Source: Camelus dromedarius (taxonomy: Eukaryota). From it: a DNA stretch of 64,000 nt. Shown here one piece after another: positions 23,871-35,255 of this stretch; positions within the stretch are counted from its first letter, which is position 1; the number at the start of each line of letters is the position of its first letter. The position numbers and the translations under genes are program-made. A model generated the notes under the pieces. The model ran no database searches, was not told the DNA's origin, and worked only from the letters and a program-made list of their open reading frames with translations. Location: contig NC_087437.1 of the NCBI RefSeq assembly GCF_036321535.1, positions 44,270,001 through 44,334,000 on the forward strand. Direction: 5' to 3'.

Positions 23871-24317
23871 TTCCCCCTCTTAACCCTGGCCCAGTTATTA
23901 ACTCAGAGTGTAGATTCTCATCATTTGAAAGAGGCTGCTCTTAGATGAGGAGAAAGTGCCATGGGGTTTTAGTTGTCATTGGCAGTCCAAAATCTTGAGC
24001 CTAGATTTTTGTTAAAGCAAAAGTCAAATATTAGAAATCCTTACTTAAAATCATTAAGTAGAATATTTTTTTCAGATTCCTGGGAAGGATACTAAAGAAA
24101 AACTTGCACATTTATATTCTTGGAAAACTTATAAAACACTACTTTAAAGAGTGAAAAAAATTAATGATTTTACATGGAATTATTGTAATAATCAGCTCTA
24201 TATTGAATAAATAAAAGTGAGTTTATGGACATTTTAAGTAAGACTCACCTAAGGCATAATTTTATTGGATTTAAGAGCTGAGGACTTTCATATTTTTTCT
24301 TCTTTTAGTTTCACATG

Positions 24318-24445
24318 TATAGTGACCAAATAATTGAGCATGCAAACTTGGACACTTTTGAAAGCAAAAAAGTGCTATTAATAATTGTGTTGGAGCAAGA
24401 GGTGTAAATGGGGACTGTCCAAAGCAGGACATGACCACAGTTCTA
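24318..24445 (+). mobile_element. MER81-like hAT-Blackjack MITE
   Basis: tatagtgaccaaataatt...caaacttggacacttttgaaag...gctattaataattgtg...gtaaatggggactgtcc follows the MER81 consensus. Confidence 0.8.
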
Positions 24446-25639
24446 TCCACGGGTGATTGCAGAATTATACCAAGTCAGAACAAACAAGTAACTCTGTTTG
24501 TTGACTTGGTCATGTGGTGGGATCACATGAAGTTGTGAGCTAGGGGCATTCCTTTTCTTGGTCAGTGAAAACACTGAACACTTTTTTAAAGGAAGAAAAC
24601 AAATATTTGCTTTCTTCACATAGATATCTTATAGTACATTATTTATAAATTTTGAAAGGAATTACACAGAGCTCTCAGGTTTTTCATTTTAAATGTGGCA
24701 TATTTTTCATGTAGACTTTTTCTTAGTTGAATGTCATGAATCATAAAAAAATAGGAAACATGCTGTTCTACTCTGTATTCTTTGTGCTTGAGTATTTTGA
24801 CAATTTACCATTATTTTGCTAGTTTTAAAATTACTAGAGAGGTGAGCAGAAGAAAACAGTTCATGGTGCTCTAACTGCAGGAAGTTCTGTTTGTGAAATG
24901 TTTACTGAGTACCAAGAGTTGAGTAGACAGCAAGAGAGCTGTATTCCATTTTCCTGCACCACTTAAACTTCTTTAGACCTGGCTTTGATGCATATGCATA
25001 TCTTCTTGTTCTTTCATTCATTTGTTCTTTCATTTTTTATTCTTTTAGTTTTCCAGGGGAATAAATTTTGTGCAAGCTTATTCTAGCACTCTGTATTAAC
25101 AGTGGAGACGTCATAGTTTCACTTGGCAAAGCTATATAAATCTTATACTTAGAAAAGAATGCACACATGTGTGTGATTACACACACACACAGACACACAC
25201 ACACTCACTCTCTTCCATACATACAGCTCAACCCCAGCCCGTGTCAATCTATTTAACGTCTCTTTTTGGGTGTTGCAGAGACTCCTGGACTAACACGTCC
25301 AAGTCTAAATTTATAATCATTTCTTTCTGAGCTGTTCCTCTCTGAGTACCATGTTTTAATAAATTGGCGCCATTTGTCCATCAAAATACCTAAAACTCAG
25401 AAACCAACTAATTAGTGGAATAATGTCATTGCTGTTTCTCTCCCAAGTAGTCTGTAACCTTTATGAGAACAAGGGCAGATTTTGTTTTGTGTTTTCTTAT
25501 TGTTACATTTCCAGCATTTAGCAGCATGCTTAGTATAAAACAGGTGCTAAGTATTTGTGGAATCAAGGACTAGATATGTAATTACACCTTGTAGCCTGTG
25601 AGAGTCTCCTCAGAGGTACCATTTCCTCAGAGTGTCAGA

Positions 25640-25880
25640 GTGATGAAGACACGGATTCTCCAGAGTAGAGGTCTGAAGACCTGCTTTGCACCTCGCTGCC
25701 CCATCCCAACCCCCACCTCTTAACTTGGTGGTGTTTTCTGAGTATCATTTTCTACCTCTATACCTCTATAACAATAATAATCTCTTTTCCATCTACCGTA
25801 AGTATATTATTTCAAGGATCAATTGAGATAATAAATTTGAAATGGTTTTGTAAACTGTGAAGTTGTATAAAAAAGTAAAG
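25640..25880 (+). mobile_element. MIR (MIRc-like)
   Basis: ggtctgaagacctg...tctgagtatcattttctacctctata...aggatcaattgagataata...ttttgtaaactgtgaagttgtataaa. Confidence 0.7.
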
Positions 25881-27569
25881 CCATTTACTTATAAAATTCT
25901 CTCTCATACTTTTATAGGCAAGTCCACAACATAATATTCAATCTCCGTGAAGGGTGTTCATTCTTTGGTTTTTTTAAGATACACAATATTAATCCTGCAC
26001 CAAGATATGCAGAACCCCATATTTAAAAACACACATCAACTCAAGGCCCAGAAAATGTCCATGCCTGAGCACACACCAAGTAACTGTAGATACAGTGTCT
26101 GCATGCCACTGCATATTTACAATACATTTTTATTCATTTGCTCTTTGCTGCCTTAATTTTTCTGTCAGCCTGAAAAGTTGCTTTTTATTCATGCCATGGC
26201 CTTATTTTCTGCAACTGCCTCTTGGAATACATTATGATCGATATTTTGCATATTGTGGATATAGCACTTTTCAGTCTGAAAATTCACTTTTCATGCTGAT
26301 GCTATGTTTTCTAGGTCTGGTGTCTAGAATACATTATGATGAACAACCTTTTAGAGTCTACTTTTATTCATTTGCAATTTTTGTACAAAATAAATCCAGT
26401 GTAATTAATGCTTTGAGTGCCTCTAAGATGTTGGTATATAAGAAAATCTACATTTGCTCTCCGGAGGTGGAGGAAGCCATGTTCAGTGTTTGCTGTTTGG
26501 GGGGATATATGTGTGCAGAATGACTTGCAGTTTTCCTCAGAGTTTTCCTTCTTTCTCTAAACACCCTCTAGTCATCAACTGCACACAACTTTGAGATCTT
26601 TGAACTTTTGTTAAGATTGCTGGAAGCCATTATCAGGACCATAATAGTAACTTATCTGTTTAGTGAGTCCTCGTAACCCTTTGCTCATGGATGACACTCA
26701 GACAAGAATCCTTCTAAAATACAAAGAGATGAGCACCCTCAGAAGCATGGTTTCCATGCATTTCTTTAACATGTTTAGCCAGGGACACTTTGTTAGATCC
26801 TTACTTTGGTTAGATTCTCACTTCATTCCCTCTGAGCTTTATGTACACATGTAGGCTTTAGAGATACATATTAATTGGTGGTAAAGAATGGAGTATATCT
26901 TTACAGTTGCTTCCAAAAGGGACTTTTCTATTTCATTTTAGGTCTCAATATCAGATCTTAAACAGGAATCAAACGTATCAGAGATGAAAAGAATGAGTGG
27001 AATGCAGTCTCTTCCTCCATCAGTCAGAGACCATCCTCCTGTTACGGTGTTTGTGTTGCCTCTGTTGCTACCTCATATTTGTTCAAATATTCAGACTATA
27101 AATGGACTTCTTATCTATCGTATTATCTATCTCATGTTTTGCAAGGAAACACTGCAACTGTTGTCTTTGTGGTAATTCATTCATTATGAGTTTTGAGCTG
27201 CCACAAAAAACTCAAAACATTCATGAAAACCCATACAGTCTTAAGCCTAGAAAATGCATGTGTTTGTCACTGGTAACTTTTAGAACATAAAATCTGATGT
27301 CTTTGAGCATTTATAAAGGGAGGAGGTTCTAGTTTTAATTGTTGATGGTGTTCCAAGTGACACGTAGATTGTTGACAGTTTTAAAGGAACCTACTAATTT
27401 TATAATAGCTTTAGGTATTTTTGGTTTCTGAGAATGCCCCAATGTAAAATTAAAAAGCCATGCCTCTATCATTTGATATTTTTTTAGTAAGTGCAATTGG
27501 TAGACTGGGTGTTCAACTGTTGGAAACTAATGAACTTTACAATACTATGTTTATATAGTTACTCTTTTC

Positions 27570-28930
27570 TGTAGGGCCATGTTGCTTGATTGAATCTATA
27601 CAAAATGTAGATAGAAGAGAATCTTAAACATATCAAGGTGTAGCAGGTCTTTCTTGAGTTTTTTTCCCCTAGCATTTTTCACTCTTGGATCTTAATTAGT
27701 ACTGCTTTTTATAGTCTGGATTTTTCTTTTTGTTACTGGTTTTTTTTTTTTTTTTTTTTCATTTTGTTGAAGTTTCTCCTTGAGTGATTGTACTGATGTA
27801 AAGTCAAGGGATAAACTTTCTATTTTTTTTAATGTTTGAAAATGCTTTTATTTTCCCTTCATAATAGGCTGATGTTTTAAATATTTATAGATTCCTCAGG
27901 TTATATTTTATTTCTCTAATCCAGCTCCAACCATGAAGACTTTATCTTCTAACATAAAACTTGGCTGATAAGACCTCTTTTAGTTGTTTGGTTCTTATTC
28001 CTTTGTAGAAAATCTGTTTTTCTATAAAAACATTTAGAATTTTCTCTTATTTCTTTGAACTTCTGAAATTTGTTATATAACTAAGTTTGAGTCTTATTTT
28101 TATACTGATAGCACTCAATGTTTACTCTATCTCAAGCCATAAATACCTTTTCCAAGAAAATTTCTATTAGTTCATTTGTTCTCTGTTTTCCTTCATTATC
28201 TTTGTTAACTCCTAGTATTCCTATCATGTCTTAGGGATCTCCAGGACCTTAGACTATGTATATATATGGATGGATGTATAGATAGATCGTTCTTTTCTCA
28301 TTTTCCCTCACATATGGAGAGATGTTTTTGATTACTTGTCTTTTAGGTTACTAATTTGGTCTTTACTGGTGTCCATTTTATTTTGTCAAAAACTATGAAT
28401 GGTCTGAGATTTTAACCTACTTTCAGCTCACAAGCTAGCCTGCCAAAGTTTCGTAGATACAAAAGACTCTGGGTTAGAGACTTAGAAATGTATTACTCAC
28501 AGCATCACAAGTGGTCTACAGTACATTTGTGTCAGTTCCCTTCTCCTAAGTCCCATGGGGTGATTGCTCAAACATCAGAGAAACTCTGAGCTTAGAGGAC
28601 TGGGATCTTCTCCAGTGGGCATGAAGCCCTCTGCTCTGGAGGTAAACGCCATCTCTGTCTTCCAAGGCTACAAGCAAACCAACCTTTCGCTCTGAAGAGA
28701 AACAGTATCCCTATTTTCTAAGGCTTAATATTCAAATAATCCTTGAAAAAACAGTTCAGAACAAAAGGCAATCAGTGCCTTGTTTCACTAGAGGTGCAGA
28801 AATATGAGAAACTCAAGTATCTTTCTGTTCACTGTTTTATCTATCCTTTACATTTTTTTCAACTTTGGAAATTTTTTTAAAGTTTTCTGAATCTGTTCAC
28901 TGCCTGATTAATTTTTACAATCCTGTTCTA
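27570..28930 (-). mobile_element. Ancient L1M internal fragment, interrupted by an LTR
   Basis: T-rich antisense L1 texture: aaactttct...tgtttgaaaatgcttttattttcccttc...ttggctgataagacc...ttcctttgtagaaaatctgttttt...ctgaaattt. Confidence 0.6.
28384..28816 (-). mobile_element. ERVL LTR, LTR40-like
   Basis: tgtcaaaaactatgaatggtctgagattttaacctact...caagctagcctgcca at one end and ccttgaaaaaacagttcagaacaaaaggcaatcagtgcct...gtgcagaaatatgaga at the other match LTR40 in reverse. Confidence 0.8.
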
Positions 28931-30832
28931 TACACACATACAACACATGTGTGTGTATATATATATTCTGGGAAATTAACTAAAAATTAATTTTTCTTTA
29001 ATTTATACAAAACTTTTAAAATCAATCTGGGATTTATGTTCCTGATTATTGTGTATTAAGTGTTTAAGATGACTGTTTCTGATGTTACTAACTAGTTTTC
29101 CAGCTTTTACTTATTAAATCTCTGATTTTTCAAGTTTTAAAATATTGCCTTTTTCATGTTCTTAGAACAGATTTATTTGATCATCATATTTCTATAGATC
29201 TATAAAATTAAAAGCCACTATCAATTGTTTTACCCTCTTTCCACCTATACCAAATGAGCTTTATGAAAATGAAATAGAATAGGTATTTCCTTCAGCAGTG
29301 TGACAATGGTGGTTGTTCAGTCAGGGACTTTGGTAAGTAAAGCTTCTGTTTTTTTCTTATCTGATTGATAGGTCTGTAATAATTTCATTCTTTAAATATT
29401 TATTGAGAGTGTACTTAAAGTTGTGGTACATATATAAACATGCAACTTTCTGCCCCACAAAACCTAAAATAAATCAGACACTATGTAAACTATGTCAGTT
29501 TACCCAAATTCACTTCCAAATTTGAGTGAGTCAGGTTTTAGATAAAATCTTATTAAAATCTTCGGCATAGTTTTCCCTTTAATATTTTGATAAAATGCTA
29601 TAGATCAAAGAGTGAAATTACCTGACACCATTTTATATGATTAAAGTATAGATGAAAAGCTCTGGCATTTTAGTTTTTCCCAATACCTGTATCTGATATT
29701 CACCTTTCATATATTCACAACTGGCAAATGCCTAAATGCCTAGTTTTAAATAACACATTTGTGTGTGACCTTTTTAGAAAATTACCAATGTCTTTGTTTA
29801 GAGTGCAGAGGGCATGGATTTCACAGAGCATTCCCCACTAAATGGAGTCTATTACTCCAATATCACGGCCATGTTGTCAGGAAGTGGCACTTCATTAAGA
29901 TAATGTGACCTTTAGAATATTCTTCCAACCTTTTACTGTGTCTTTGGTAGTGGGATTTGTGCTTTAATTTCTATGGCTTTTTGATAAGTTGAAAATGAAA
30001 TGTAATTGAAGGCTATCCTCTTTATTTCCCTTCGGTTATGCATTGTGTGTGGGTTTTGTTTTTTCCCCTTCTTCAAAAATGGCAAAGAATGTCAGGTGAA
30101 GGATTTTTGTTCAAACTAGGGATTGTCTACCAGGAAAATGTCTTTTAGAGTTAAGATCAAATTGGTAAGTTTATGCCTATTGTGGAAAGGGAGAAAATGG
30201 CTGTGTAGAAGAAAGCAAAAATTGTTCTCTACCACATTTTCAAAAATGTTGAGAAGGGCCCCCAAGGATTTTTCTTGTTTCAGGATCACAATGAAACAGT
30301 TTTTTTTTTTCAGTGTGCTTACTGGGATAACTTAAAATTGTTCATTAAGAGCCATCATTGAAAGTAGAAATTTAACTACTAAAACTGCTTTTATGGATGA
30401 GCCAAAGTAGGCGATTTAGTGAAACAAGGAAAAGAGACGACCGTTCTGGTTACACCAGAGTGGCATTTCTCAGGGACTACTTATATGTCACTTGGTTTAT
30501 TTATAGGGTTGCATTTTATGACCATAACTGAATCTTTCACTTGAGTATCCCGAAATATACCAAGTATGGTTTCTATTTTAATTTGTAGATAGTTTCATGT
30601 GCCAGAGCATGTATTTTTTAATCACATCTCTAACAGTTTTAACATTGAGATTATCTTTATATTTAAAATGGAGCATTCATATTACACCCTTAGAATGGCA
30701 ACATTGTGTAAAATGGCAGAACCATCTGGTAGCAAGAAAGCTGAGTTAGAGTTTTTGGTTCTTCTACTAGACAAGTGGCCTTTGACAGACTATTTAGCTC
30801 CCCAAGCTGTAGTCTCTATTAGAAAAATAACA

Positions 30833-31898
30833 GGGTAAGTTTGGAATGCATTCATTTACAAGTAACAGAAAATCTAGTTATGTTACCAGGATGAGGGGAA
30901 TAAAAGTTACCTCGGTTCTTAGTCACCTGAAAAAAATGAATTTTTAACAAGAGAGAGCGTGATATAAACAGAAGATTTTATTAGTGAAATAAAAAGGTAG
31001 TAAAATATAGTGCACCCCAAGAATTGGGGGCAGGACAATCCAAGAGAGGAAATATGGTGCTGCTCCTTTGTTTCGTCTGTCTTATATCCTGGCTTAGGGG
31101 GCGGTTTTTTGTGATTGATTGATTCATGGCTTATGTTCCTTGTGCTCAGGCACGCCCATCTGTTCTGTGTGTGTCCTTACTCATGATGCACACAGAGATA
31201 CCTATGGGAGGGGGCTCAAACTGTGATGTTAATTACATTATAATGCACATTAGGTCAAGTTAAGCTGGGTCCTTTTCTCTAGTGTGCAGCCTCAGTGTTC
31301 AGTCCTAGCCAGTTTCTTTGCTGGCCCTCATTTATAGAAAGTAAAAATTTTGGAGCCCCATATCCTGAGCGCAGGTGTACTGTTATTTTCTGGGTTGCTC
31401 CTTCCCCCTTTGTCTCCCCTTACCCGGTGCTCATTTCTATCTAACTGCCTAACAGTTACAGTGGTTTTAAAAACAGAGGTTGATTTTTCTGATATAACCA
31501 GAAGACCAGAAATGGGTGGTCCTGGGCTGCTGTAGCTGCTTACTGCTGTCATCAGGGATTCCATTATTTTTGTCTTTCCTCTCTGTTTGTGGTTGTGGCC
31601 CCACTGTCACAAAATAACTGCTAAACTTCCATGTATGATGTCTGCCTTCCAGGCAGGAAAAAAAGGAAAGACAACATTGTTTTTTCCTGATGAAGTTTCA
31701 CTCTTTTATTGAGAAAGGAGATTTATCCCTAGCAGAGAGCTTTTTATACTTCATTAGCTAGAATTATATCACTTACTGTCTCCTAGCTGCGTGAGAGGGT
31801 GAAATCAAGCTTTTAGCTTTCTGGACCCTAACAGGAAGACAAGGGAAGAAGCTGCTGAGAACGGGTGTTGATTAAACTGTTCTGTAATATGAGCCACA
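30833..31898 (-). mobile_element. Old MaLR LTR (MLT1K/L-like), split by a nested ERV LTR
   Basis: gaatgcattcatttacaagtaacagaaaatc | acagtggttttaaaaacagagg...gtcatcagggattcc...ccttccaggcagg...cattagctagaatt...ctcctagctgc...gccaca. Confidence 0.75.
30881..31454 (-). mobile_element. ERV1-type solo LTR, 574 bp
   Basis: Inverted termini TGTTA...TAACA; perfect 4-bp TSD gtta (30877-30880 and 31455-31458); on the minus strand a GC box (31097-31104), TATA-like gatataag (31081-31088) and AATAAA (30977-30982) occur in LTR order. Confidence 0.9.
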
Positions 31899-31964
31899 AC
31901 TGAATACTATATAATCAAGTTTCTTTAATATAGTGAGCCTCTAAAAATAATACCAGTTCAGTTG

Positions 31965-32385
31965 AAAGGAATTAATACTCCATCGTATTTTATTATGGCC
32001 ACATCCAATTGAGAATGTTATCTTAAATTCTGAGTACATATAAGAGTTAATGTACCCTCAGAAAATTGGGGGGATGTGAGTTGTGTTGAAATTATGTCAT
32101 GTAAGAAAGAAGTGGGGTTACTTTACTTGGAGAAGATAAGATTTAGTAGAGGCCTAAGAGTTATCCAACTGTTTGAAAGGGGAAATACACTTATTATGGG
32201 TTAACAAAACTGGGCATCAGTGAGGAAGACAGATTTGGGGTCAGTTCGAAAGAACTTAAGAATCAGGGCTGTAAACTTGTACTTCTGTTAAATTAGAAAT
32301 AACATAACAATCTATTGAATCCTGCAGATTGAGGATGGAAACTTCTCAAGATGATATTTAGTCCCCTCTAGCTCTAAGATATCAC
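31965..32385 (+). mobile_element. L3/CR1 3' fragment
   Basis: ttgaaattatgtcatgtaagaaag...ttacttggagaagataagatttag...gaggaagacagatttggggtcagt...agatgatatttagtcccctctagctctaagat. Confidence 0.65.
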
Positions 32386-32411
32386 AATTCTTTTCACTTA
32401 TGATTATGTCC

Positions 32412-32454
32412 TGTATTAGTCATGGTTCTCCAGAGAAACAAAAACAATAGAGTG

Positions 32455-32505
<51 letters not shown>

Positions 32506-32939
32506 TAGAAGGAACTGATGGGTTCATGTGATGATGGGGGCTGGCAAGTCCCAAGATCCTCAGGGTGAGTTGGCAAGCTGGAGACCCAACGATGTAGTTC
32601 CAGTTCTAAGGCTGGCAGGCTCAAGGGCCTGGGAGAAGCTAGTATTTCAGTTCAAGTCCAAAGGCAGAAGGAGAGCTGACGTCCAACTTGGAAGGCTATC
32701 AGGTGGGAAGAATTCTCTCTTCCCTAAGGGAAGGTCAGCCTTTTTGTTCTTTTTAGGTCTTCAACAAATTGGCAGAGTCCCAGTTATTTTAGAGAGGGCA
32801 ATCTACTTTACTCAGTCTATCTATTTAAATGTTAATCTAATCCAGAAAGATCCTTACAGAAACACCCAGAATAATGTTTGATCAAATATCTGAGCACCTG
32901 GTGGCTCAGTCAAGTTGACACGTAAAAGTAACCATTACA
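32412..32939 (-). mobile_element. ERVL solo LTR, MLT2-like, full length
   Basis: tgtattagtcatggttctccagagaaaca...ggctggcaagtcccaagatc...cccagaataatgtttg...cagtcaagttgacacgtaaaagtaaccattaca; flanks tgtcc and tggcc (5-bp TSD, one mismatch). Confidence 0.9.
32459..32502. repeat. (TG)22 microsatellite inside the MLT2 LTR
   Basis: Uninterrupted TG run. Confidence 0.98.
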
Positions 32940-32966
32940 TGGCCAAAATGGGTAATTCTTCAATAA

Positions 32967-33452
32967 TGTATTTGTTTTATATCATTGTTTAAGAAACTAC
33001 TGCAATTTCTTGGCTTAAAACAATATGAATATATCATCTCAGTTTCCATGGGTCAGGAGTTCAGGAGTAGCTTAGCAGAGTCTACTGCTCTGGGTTTCAC
33101 AAAGCCACAGTTGAGATTGGCCAGGACTCACTTCTCTCTGGAGCTTGTGGTCCTCTAGAGGTGGTTGTTTGAAGAAGGCTGAGGAGCTTCTAGAGGTTAT
33201 CAGTAGTTTTCTGCCCCGTGACCCTCTCCATAGGCAGTTCATACAGCAGCTTGCTTCTCCAAGCTCAGCAAGAGAGATTCTCACTTTAGTCAGCTAAGAC
33301 AGAGTCTTACATAACATAACCTAATCATAGAAGTGACATTCTTTTATATTCTATTATTTAGAAGCTAGACATGCTAATGAAGACAAGATTGCACAAAGAT
33401 ATCAACACTCAGGTGAAAATTATTGGGGTCACTCTAGAGTCTGTCCACTATA
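32967..33452 (-). mobile_element. MaLR LTR, MLT1F-like
   Basis: ggcttaaaacaa...atcatctcagtttccatgggtcaggagttcagg...gcttagc...ccctctccataggcagttca...cagagtcttacataacataacctaatca...attggggtcactctagagtctg. Confidence 0.8.
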
Positions 33453-34909
33453 GATGGTTCTTGAAATTGACTTTTGGAATGCAGTGAAGGTTAAACTGAA
33501 GCTTTCATGTACCCTCTTGGCTCCAAAGCTTAATTAAGTACAAGCTAAATGATTACAGAGAAAATCTGACAAAAAGAGATGAGATGTTTTTATTCCTAAT
33601 TGTAGCTAATAGAGGTTGCTTTGACATTGGCTACTTTGGAATAGTGAGGCCATGACTTTAAGGTTATGGGATATTGTTTCTTACCAAAATATTACTCATT
33701 CAAAAATGACCTAATTAGGCAAGATCTCTTATGTTCCAGATTCCATCTATTAGGAAAAATTAAAAAAAAAAAAAGAAAAGAATAAATACAAACTACAAAC
33801 CTAGTAGGGCTGTAACGATTTTGTCGTTTTTTTTTTTTTTTTACAGTCACTATCAATGTGATAAAAGTGCTTGAAATAACCATTCCAGCATTCAATTTAA
33901 TAGAATGGTGTCTATTTAAAAAGCTGGAGAAACTCTAGATGTACTCCTCCAACTCAGAGTAAACAGAATATGCTAGCACTTCTACCTAAGGCCCTGCTGC
34001 TGAATCTCCAAATATTTTCATGGTGGGGCTAGTATCTCAGAAAGTTCCAGTAATGCAGGAGTCTTTCTGTGTTTTCCCTGATTTCCTTCACTACTCTTAC
34101 CCTATTGACAATTTATAACCCCTGCACCATCTGGGGAACAGACTGTTGGCTGCCAAGTAGACTCATTAACATTCCCCTCCAGGAACTCTTGCTGTTTAAT
34201 TAGGCTGTCTGCTGGATTCAGGCGGTGAGAGCCTTAGGTGGTTGTGTAACAAATCCCTGACTCCATGCATTCCGATGTCAAGGTCACCAAGATTCCTGTT
34301 TTATACTCAATACAAGAAAGGGAATCCAGATCATGGCTGCTAAATCCAAATCATCAGTGACTTCACCTTAAAGGGGACTTTTCCATTCTTAATGGAGGCA
34401 CTATGTTATCCTTTGAGGACACTAAGTTGTCCTCCACTGAACTTAACAGCTGCCTGTATTTTTTGACAACATTCTAAACCTTAGGCCATGAGATCTGGCC
34501 TTGAGGCCAACATTTTTGTCAAAACTAGTCAATAGTGTTTGTAGAATACTATCCAAACCCAATACTGAGATGACTGTATGTGCCATAATTAAATGCATGC
34601 AATTAATTACAGACTCTGAAGACAGATTGTTGAAAGTGTTAGTATTCCAGACATACTTGATTTAAGTAGAACAAACGATCTCCTTTTCAAATGCCAAATT
34701 GATGAAGTTCTATTGTAAGAAAAATACCTCTCAAATGAGTGGTTTGGTTAATTTGAATAAACACTTTCTAACCATCACTAGTTTGAAGAAGAAGGAAAAT
34801 GGTTATGCAGAATATGTCAACTCAGGGTTTTCCAAGCTTAGGGACAGAGCCATCACAAATACTTGTCAGCTGACTCTAGTACTTCTTGACTGAGTTAACT
34901 GTTCTTCTG

Positions 34910-35255
34910 TTGATTGATTTATTCATCAAATAACCGTGAAAAGTAAATAGAATCACAATGATAAGTAGATATCCCTGCCTCCGTAAGATCTCATAATTGG
35001 GAGTGTTGACCTAATCTGGTGAATAGGGAAGTGTTCCCAGAGGAAGTTGTTTGAACTGATGAGATAGGAATGATTAATTTGCAACACTGAGGCAACATGC
35101 AGAGGAGGGAGACGGAGCCTTCAGAAAAGAGAAAAAGCACATATAGATGCCAAAACACTGGGGGAGTAGGCACCTCTGAAAAACGGCTAGTAATGTTGGT
35201 TTTCAGAGAGGATGGGGAATTACAGCATGTGAGGTCTAAGGAAAGGCTTCCTGAA
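34910..35255 (-). mobile_element. LINE-2 3' fragment
   Basis: attgatttattcatcaaata...atccctgcctcc...agggaagtgttcccagaggaagttgtttgaactga...gaaaaagcacatatagatgcc. Confidence 0.6.

Noticed and set aside
26234..26420. Box C/D snoRNA (ATGATGA at 26336)
   Set aside because: No CTGA box D lies at a suitable distance downstream and there is no terminal stem; the upstream ATGATCG-CTGA pair is too short.
26942..27175. Exon after the strong acceptor tttcattttAG
   Set aside because: There is no good donor, the peptide is unrecognised, and the distal part looks like decayed L1 sequence.
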